DNA from: Spirochaetota bacterium
GTDB taxonomy: Bacteria; Spirochaetota; UBA4802; UBA5550
Length of the DNA: 64,000 bases
NCBI GenBank assembly: GCA_963664815.2
Contig: CAXXHB010000003.1
Coordinates: 960,001 to 1,024,000, forward strand
Direction: 5' to 3'
In this document: one piece after another, positions 58,897 through 64,000 of the stretch
Layout: every line of letters begins with the position of its first letter
Position numbering within the stretch: the stretch's first letter is position 1
The notes under the pieces: model-generated
The model's input: the letters and a program-made list of their open reading frames with translations, nothing else
What the model was told of the DNA's origin: nothing
The model's database searches: none
Translations under genes and position numbers: made by a program

Positions 58897-61263
58897 ATGG
58901 AAAAAGATGAAGAATTTATAAAAAAGCTTCTTTCAATTTTCAAGGTGGAGGCAGCGGAGCATATATCGGTTATATCATCCGGCCTTTTTGCGCTTGAGAA
59001 AGATCCCCCTGCACCTGAGATGCAGAAAACGATTGAAGCTATATACAGAAGCGCCCACAGTCTGAAGGGCGCATCCCGTTCCGTAAACTTTCTGGATATG
59101 GAGACCCTCTGCCAGTCAATGGAGGATCTGCTTGCTCTGCTGAGAAAGGGAGAGTTAACTCTGACGGATGATATTATAAATCTTCTGAATGAATCAAATG
59201 ATCTGCTGAATGAAATTGTTTCGACTGGTGAAACCGGGGCTGATCCTGAACTTGAGACTGTAATTAAAACACTGAAGGAGGGATTGGGTAAAGCTGCCAG
59301 GGGTGCCGGCAGTAACGGGAGTTCAGTTAAAAATACAGAGAGAAAAACCAATACCGGAAGTGGTGACGGGAAATCTGAAACAACCGATAAAGAAGCAGCT
59401 GTCCGCAGTATAAATGACAGAATAAAATCAGGTGACGTAAACCCTGTGACTGGCAAACAGCCGGCGGCAGCTGCCGAAACAATCCGTGTTTCCGCCGCTA
59501 AACTTGAAACTCTTCTTATGAAAGCGGAAGAACTGGTTACATTGAAGCTTTCGGCCAGATATTATTCTTCAGAGATAGATGATATTCAGAGGCTGCTTGA
59601 ATTGCGAAGCAGAGAATGGATGAAGACGATTAAAGATTTTTACAGGTCCGGCGGTGAAAAAGGCATTAACCTTCCGCTGAGAGATGCAGATAAGGAAAGG
59701 GGATATGCTGACTCAATAAATTATTTATATAATTTCTGTGAGACGTTAAAAACTGATATTGAAAACAGACTTAACAGCCTGAAAAAATATATAGATGATG
59801 ATATAAGATCAACCGGAGGGCTTGTTGATGATCTCCTGTCTGATATGAAAAATATTCTGTTATTGCCCTTTTCATATGTATTCGAAATATATCCTAAAAT
59901 AGTACGGGAGCTGTCCAGAGAACAGGGTAAGGAAATTGAACTGATAATTGAGGGTTCCGATGTTGAGGTTGATAAGCGTATTCTTCAGGAGATGAAGGAC
60001 CCGTTTATCCATCTTGTCAGAAACAGCGTTGACCATGGTATTGAAATGCCTTCCGACCGGAAAAAATCAGGAAAACCGGAAAGGGGAACTATTCGTCTGA
60101 ATGTAATGCAGATTGATGCCGGAAGCGTAGAGATTATTATTTCCGATGACGGTGCCGGTATAAACCGATCCATGGTAAAGGATGCAGCGTTGAAACAGGG
60201 GATACTGACCGGTGATGAAAGTGAAAGAATCAGTGACGATGAAGTCCTTGATCTTATATTTGAATCGGGAGTATCCACAAGCCCTATTATAACCACAGTT
60301 TCCGGCAGGGGGCTGGGAATGGCTATCGTAAAGGAAAAAGCGGAGAGACTGGGTGGGGCGGTTTATGTAAAGTCAATTCCCGGCAAAATGACAGAATTTC
60401 ATATTATCCTTCCTGTGGCTATTGCTACTTTCCGTGGTATACTTATAGAAACCTGCGGTAATCAGTTTGTTGTACCGACCAGGAATGTTGAAAAAGTGGA
60501 GATGGTATATAAATCCGAAATTATAACCGTAGAGAACAGGGCGACAATCACTTACAAAGGCCGCGCTGTATCGCTTGTAAGGCTTGCCGATATCCTGGAA
60601 CTTCACACTCCCGCGAAAGATGCAAACGATGCATTTATTAATGTAATGATAATTCCCGGCGGGGGTAAATTTATAGCATTTGAGATCGACAGGGTTATAA
60701 ATGAAGATGAAATGCTCCTGAAAAACCTGGGAAATCAGCTTCAGCGTGTGAAAAATATCAGCGGCGCCACAGTGCTTGCTTCGGGAGATGTTGTTTTGAT
60801 ATTGAATGCGGCTGATATAATAAAATCGGCTTCCAGAGGGCATTTTTCTTCTGCAGCGGCTTCTTCTTTAAACATTGAAGAGAACAGTAAAAGCCGGAAC
60901 AGTAAATCAATACTTGTGGTTGAGGATTCCATTACGGCAAGATCGCTGTATGTTAATATCCTCGAAGCTGCAGGTTATAATGTTACTTCGGCAGTTGACG
61001 GTATTGACGGATTCACAAAACTGATTAATGGCAATTTTGACATGGTTGTTACTGACGTACAGATGCCTAAAATGAACGGTTTTGAGTTAACCGGGAAGAT
61101 CCGCAGTGATGCAAGGTATGCGGATATACCGGTGATTCTGGTTACCGGCATGGAATCGACTGATGACAAGAAGATGGGTATTGATTCGGGGGCAAATGCC
61201 TATATTGTAAAAAGCGGTTTTGACCAGAATAACCTGCTCGAAATAATCGAGAGGTTTATATAA
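58897..61263 (+). CDS. cheA: Hybrid CheA-REC kinase (WspE-like)
   Basis: AHSLKGAS, HLVRNSVDHG, SGRGLGM, C-terminal REC (VVEDS, TDVQMP). Confidence 0.93.
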   Translation: MEKDEEFIKKLLSIFKVEAAEHISVISSGLFALEKDPPAPEMQKTIEAIYRSAHSLKGASRSVNFLDMETLCQSMEDLLALLRKGELTLTDDIINLLNESNDLLNEIVSTGETGADPELETVIKTLKEGLGKAARGAGSNGSSVKNTERKTNTGSGDGKSETTDKEAAVRSINDRIKSGDVNPVTGKQPAAAAETIRVSAAKLETLLMKAEELVTLKLSARYYSSEIDDIQRLLELRSREWMKTIKDFYRSGGEKGINLPLRDADKERGYADSINYLYNFCETLKTDIENRLNSLKKYIDDDIRSTGGLVDDLLSDMKNILLLPFSYVFEIYPKIVRELSREQGKEIELIIEGSDVEVDKRILQEMKDPFIHLVRNSVDHGIEMPSDRKKSGKPERGTIRLNVMQIDAGSVEIIISDDGAGINRSMVKDAALKQGILTGDESERISDDEVLDLIFESGVSTSPIITTVSGRGLGMAIVKEKAERLGGAVYVKSIPGKMTEFHIILPVAIATFRGILIETCGNQFVVPTRNVEKVEMVYKSEIITVENRATITYKGRAVSLVRLADILELHTPAKDANDAFINVMIIPGGGKFIAFEIDRVINEDEMLLKNLGNQLQRVKNISGATVLASGDVVLILNAADIIKSASRGHFSSAAASSLNIEENSKSRNSKSILVVEDSITARSLYVNILEAAGYNVTSAVDGIDGFTKLINGNFDMVVTDVQMPKMNGFELTGKIRSDARYADIPVILVTGMESTDDKKMGIDSGANAYIVKSGFDQNNLLEIIERFI

Positions 61264-62304
61264 ATGATCAAAGTGCTGATTGTAGATGATTCTCATGTTG
61301 AGAGTGAACTTATATCCTATATGCTTAAATCAGATCATGAAATTAATATCATTGGTATCGCCTCTTCCGGCGAGGAGGCGATATCTATGATAAAAAAGGA
61401 ACGCCCCGATGTAATAACAATGGATATAAATATGCCTGGAATTGACGGATTTGAAGCAACACGGAAGATAATGGAGACCACTCCGCTGCCGATTGTCATT
61501 GTTACTGCAGCCTGTAAAAACGAAAATATAAATCTCTCTTTTCGCGCAATGGAGGCCGGCGCTCTTACATTAATTGAAAAATCTTCAGGGCCGGGGAGTC
61601 CGGATTATGTTAAAAAGAAGAATGAGCTGATAAATACGGTCAAGCTGATGTCTGAAATAAAGGTAGTCAGCCGCAGAGCTGCAAAACCCCGTGCAGATGA
61701 AAAAAACGGCAGCATTGGTGATATCAGGTTAAATAATGATATCGATATTATCGTGGTCGGGGCGTCTACGGGTGGGCCTCATGCGCTTCAGAAATTTCTT
61801 AAAGGAATAAAAGGGGATTTCATCCCCCCTGTAATGGTTGTTCAGCACATTACAAAGGGATTTACGGCAGGATTTGCCGATTGGCTTTCGGTCAGCTGTG
61901 ACATGAACGTAAGAATACCTGAGAATATGGAAAAGATAAACCGTGATACGGTCTATGTAGCTCCTGATGATTTTCATATGGGAATTGACAGGGACGGTCT
62001 TGTAGTGCTGAGCGGCCGGCCCCCGATAAAAAACCTTCGTCCGTCTGTAGCTTATCTTTTCCGCAGCGCTGCGGAATCTTACGGCAGCAGGGCGGTTGGT
62101 GTTATTTTAACGGGCATGGGGAGCGATGGAGCTGAGGATCTGAAGTTTTTAAGAGACAGGGGAGCTTTGACGTTTGCCCAGAACGAAGAAAGCTCAGTTG
62201 TATTCGGTATGCCGGGGGAGGCGATTAAGCTGGGGGGCGCGGTTTTCGTTCTGACGCCGGAAGGCATTTCCGGGAAGATTCGTGAATTATTAAAAAAAAG
62301 GTGA
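61264..62304 (+). CDS. cheB: CheB methylesterase (WspF-like)
   Basis: REC + GASTGGP, VQHI, LTGMGSDGA. Confidence 0.95.
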   Translation: MIKVLIVDDSHVESELISYMLKSDHEINIIGIASSGEEAISMIKKERPDVITMDINMPGIDGFEATRKIMETTPLPIVIVTAACKNENINLSFRAMEAGALTLIEKSSGPGSPDYVKKKNELINTVKLMSEIKVVSRRAAKPRADEKNGSIGDIRLNNDIDIIVVGASTGGPHALQKFLKGIKGDFIPPVMVVQHITKGFTAGFADWLSVSCDMNVRIPENMEKINRDTVYVAPDDFHMGIDRDGLVVLSGRPPIKNLRPSVAYLFRSAAESYGSRAVGVILTGMGSDGAEDLKFLRDRGALTFAQNEESSVVFGMPGEAIKLGGAVFVLTPEGISGKIRELLKKR

Positions 62305-62316
62305 GGAAGCGTTACT

Positions 62317-63081
62317 ATGGAAGTATCCGGAACAGAGGAAAGCAGCAGAATATTGATTGTCGAGGACAGCCCGACGCAGCTGGAGGAGCTTAAATATATT
62401 CTTCAGAAAAAAAATTACAATATAGATACCGCGACGAATGGAAAAGATGCAATAAAGTATCTTTCGGGAAACATTCCGGAGATGATTATAAGCGATATTA
62501 TGATGCCTGAAATGGATGGCTATGAACTCTGCCGTATTATTAAATCTGATGAAAGTTTTAAAAAAATACCGGTTATACTTCTTACAACCCTTTCAAGCCC
62601 CGATGATGTTCTGAAAGGACTTGATTGCGGCGCGGATAATTTTATAACCAAGCCTTATGATGAGTCGGCGCTTCTGTCAAGGATTGAGTATATCATTCTT
62701 AATCATGAGGTCCGTAAAAGCAATCCCACTGAAATTGGAATTGAAATAGTATTCGGAGGGAAAAAGCAGTATATTACATCGTCGCGGATTCAAATGCTCG
62801 ATATGCTTATATCAACTTATGAAACAGCTGTGCAGAAGAACCGCGAACTGGAGGCAGCCAACAGGGAACTTCGCGAGGCAAATGAAAGAATCAAGACTCT
62901 CTCGGGGCTTATCCCTATATGCTCTATCTGCAAAAAGATACGCGATGATGAGGGTTACTGGAATCATCTTGAAAAATATATCTCCGAGCATTCCGATGTG
63001 ACATTCACGCATGGATATTGCCCCACATGCGCGGAGGAACTGCTTGATAAACTGAATAGTTATAAGAAAAGCAACAGTTAA
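62317..63081 (+). CDS. Response regulator with a coiled coil and a C-terminal Cys/His motif
   Basis: REC (IVEDS, SDIMMP, KP); C-terminal IPICSICKKIRDD...YW...THGYCPTC. Confidence 0.85.
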   Translation: MEVSGTEESSRILIVEDSPTQLEELKYILQKKNYNIDTATNGKDAIKYLSGNIPEMIISDIMMPEMDGYELCRIIKSDESFKKIPVILLTTLSSPDDVLKGLDCGADNFITKPYDESALLSRIEYIILNHEVRKSNPTEIGIEIVFGGKKQYITSSRIQMLDMLISTYETAVQKNRELEAANRELREANERIKTLSGLIPICSICKKIRDDEGYWNHLEKYISEHSDVTFTHGYCPTCAEELLDKLNSYKKSNS

Positions 63082-63143
63082 CGTCTGTCTGAAAATGAAT
63101 CCTTCCTTTGAAGGGAGAGCCGGTGCAGGGAGAAAAACAGTTA

Positions 63144-64000
63144 ATGAAAAAGACAAAACCTGAAAACAGGTTTCTCCATGAAGAGTACATCGCGAGAATT
63201 AACAGAGTCATTGATTACATAGAAAAAAATATCGCCGAAGGGGACCTTACGCTGAAGAGACTTTCATCCGTGGCGGTGTTTTCACCATTTCATTTTCACC
63301 GTATATTTGCCGGGATGATGGGGGAAACTCTGAACCAGTTCATACAGAGAGTAAGGGTGGAAAAGGCAGCGATGATGCTTGTGGCCAACCCGAAGAAGAA
63401 TATGACTGAGATCGCCTATGACTGCGGTTACTCCGGCTCGGCGCAGTTTTCACGGGCATTCAGGGAGAAGTTCGGGGTAACTCCGTCAGAGTGGAGGAGA
63501 GATAAACTGTACAGCGGCGTGGACAGCAATATTTGTATAAACGAAAGCAGGGATGGTAAAAATATAAGCAATAACGGGAAAGAACAGAATCATGTTTACA
63601 GTTATGATGAGGGAAATATCATAAGGAGAAACGACATGAACAACGTAAAAGCATCTTCAGTAGAGGTAAAGAAATTCCCGGAAATGACTGTTGCATATGT
63701 AAGGCACGTAGGCCCATATAAGGGTAATTCAGTGCTTTTTGAAAAGCTTATCGGGAGGATCTGCAGCTGGGCAGGTTCAAGGGAGCTGTTAAAACCTGAT
63801 ACAAAACTTATCGCACTTTACCACGATAATCCGGAAGTGACAGATGAGAATAAACTCCGTGTAAGTATCTGTCTGACAATGCCGGATAATGTTAAGGTGG
63901 ACAGTGAAATAGGCAAAATGAAGATTGACGGCGGAGTCTATGTTACAGCACACTTTGAGATTAATCCCGATGAATATGAAAGGGCATGGGACTGGGTTTA
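63144..64000 (+). CDS. AraC-family regulator with a GyrI-like effector domain (runs off the window)
   Basis: Manual translation MKKTKPENRFLHEEYIARINRVIDYIE...FSPFHFHRIF...GYSGSAQFSRAFREKFGVTPSEW...VAYVRHVGPY...YHDNPE. Confidence 0.88.
   Translation, partial: MKKTKPENRFLHEEYIARINRVIDYIEKNIAEGDLTLKRLSSVAVFSPFHFHRIFAGMMGETLNQFIQRVRVEKAAMMLVANPKKNMTEIAYDCGYSGSAQFSRAFREKFGVTPSEWRRDKLYSGVDSNICINESRDGKNISNNGKEQNHVYSYDEGNIIRRNDMNNVKASSVEVKKFPEMTVAYVRHVGPYKGNSVLFEKLIGRICSWAGSRELLKPDTKLIALYHDNPEVTDENKLRVSICLTMPDNVKVDSEIGKMKIDGGVYVTAHFEINPDEYERAWDWV

Noticed and set aside
57783-59456. Long antisense ORFs (221 aa and 189 aa) in the Wsp-like cluster
   Set aside because: Shadow frames of the MCP and CheA genes

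Overview
AT-rich bacterial chromosomal segment, most likely from a Leptospira-related, probably anaerobic spirochaete (inferred from an FcpB-like flagellar sheath gene and many PP2C/STAS signalling genes). It carries two chemosensory clusters. The first is cheW-MCP-cheW-cheY-STAS-cheA, with a poly-HAMP MCP built from six 273-bp repeats, and is flanked by a NarX/NarL-type kinase and regulator. The second is a Wsp/ACF-type cluster. Also present: the futalosine menaquinone genes (mqnE, A, C, D plus a nucleosidase), cmoAB, a minimal sufC/sufB-like pair, thiM under a TPP riboswitch, mutS2, cspA and a decaying patch at about 8.2-9.6 kb (MarR/flavin-reductase fusion, nitroreductase and cheB pseudogenes). 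The best candidate for an undescribed system is the operon at 462-3376: an outer-membrane barrel, an unknown soluble protein, and a protein joining an S1-S4 voltage sensor to a periplasmic domain and a HAMP-like domain, with no pore filter and no output domain. No rRNA, tRNA, CRISPR array or transposase was recognised. All family assignments are by eye from recalled motifs, not database searches.
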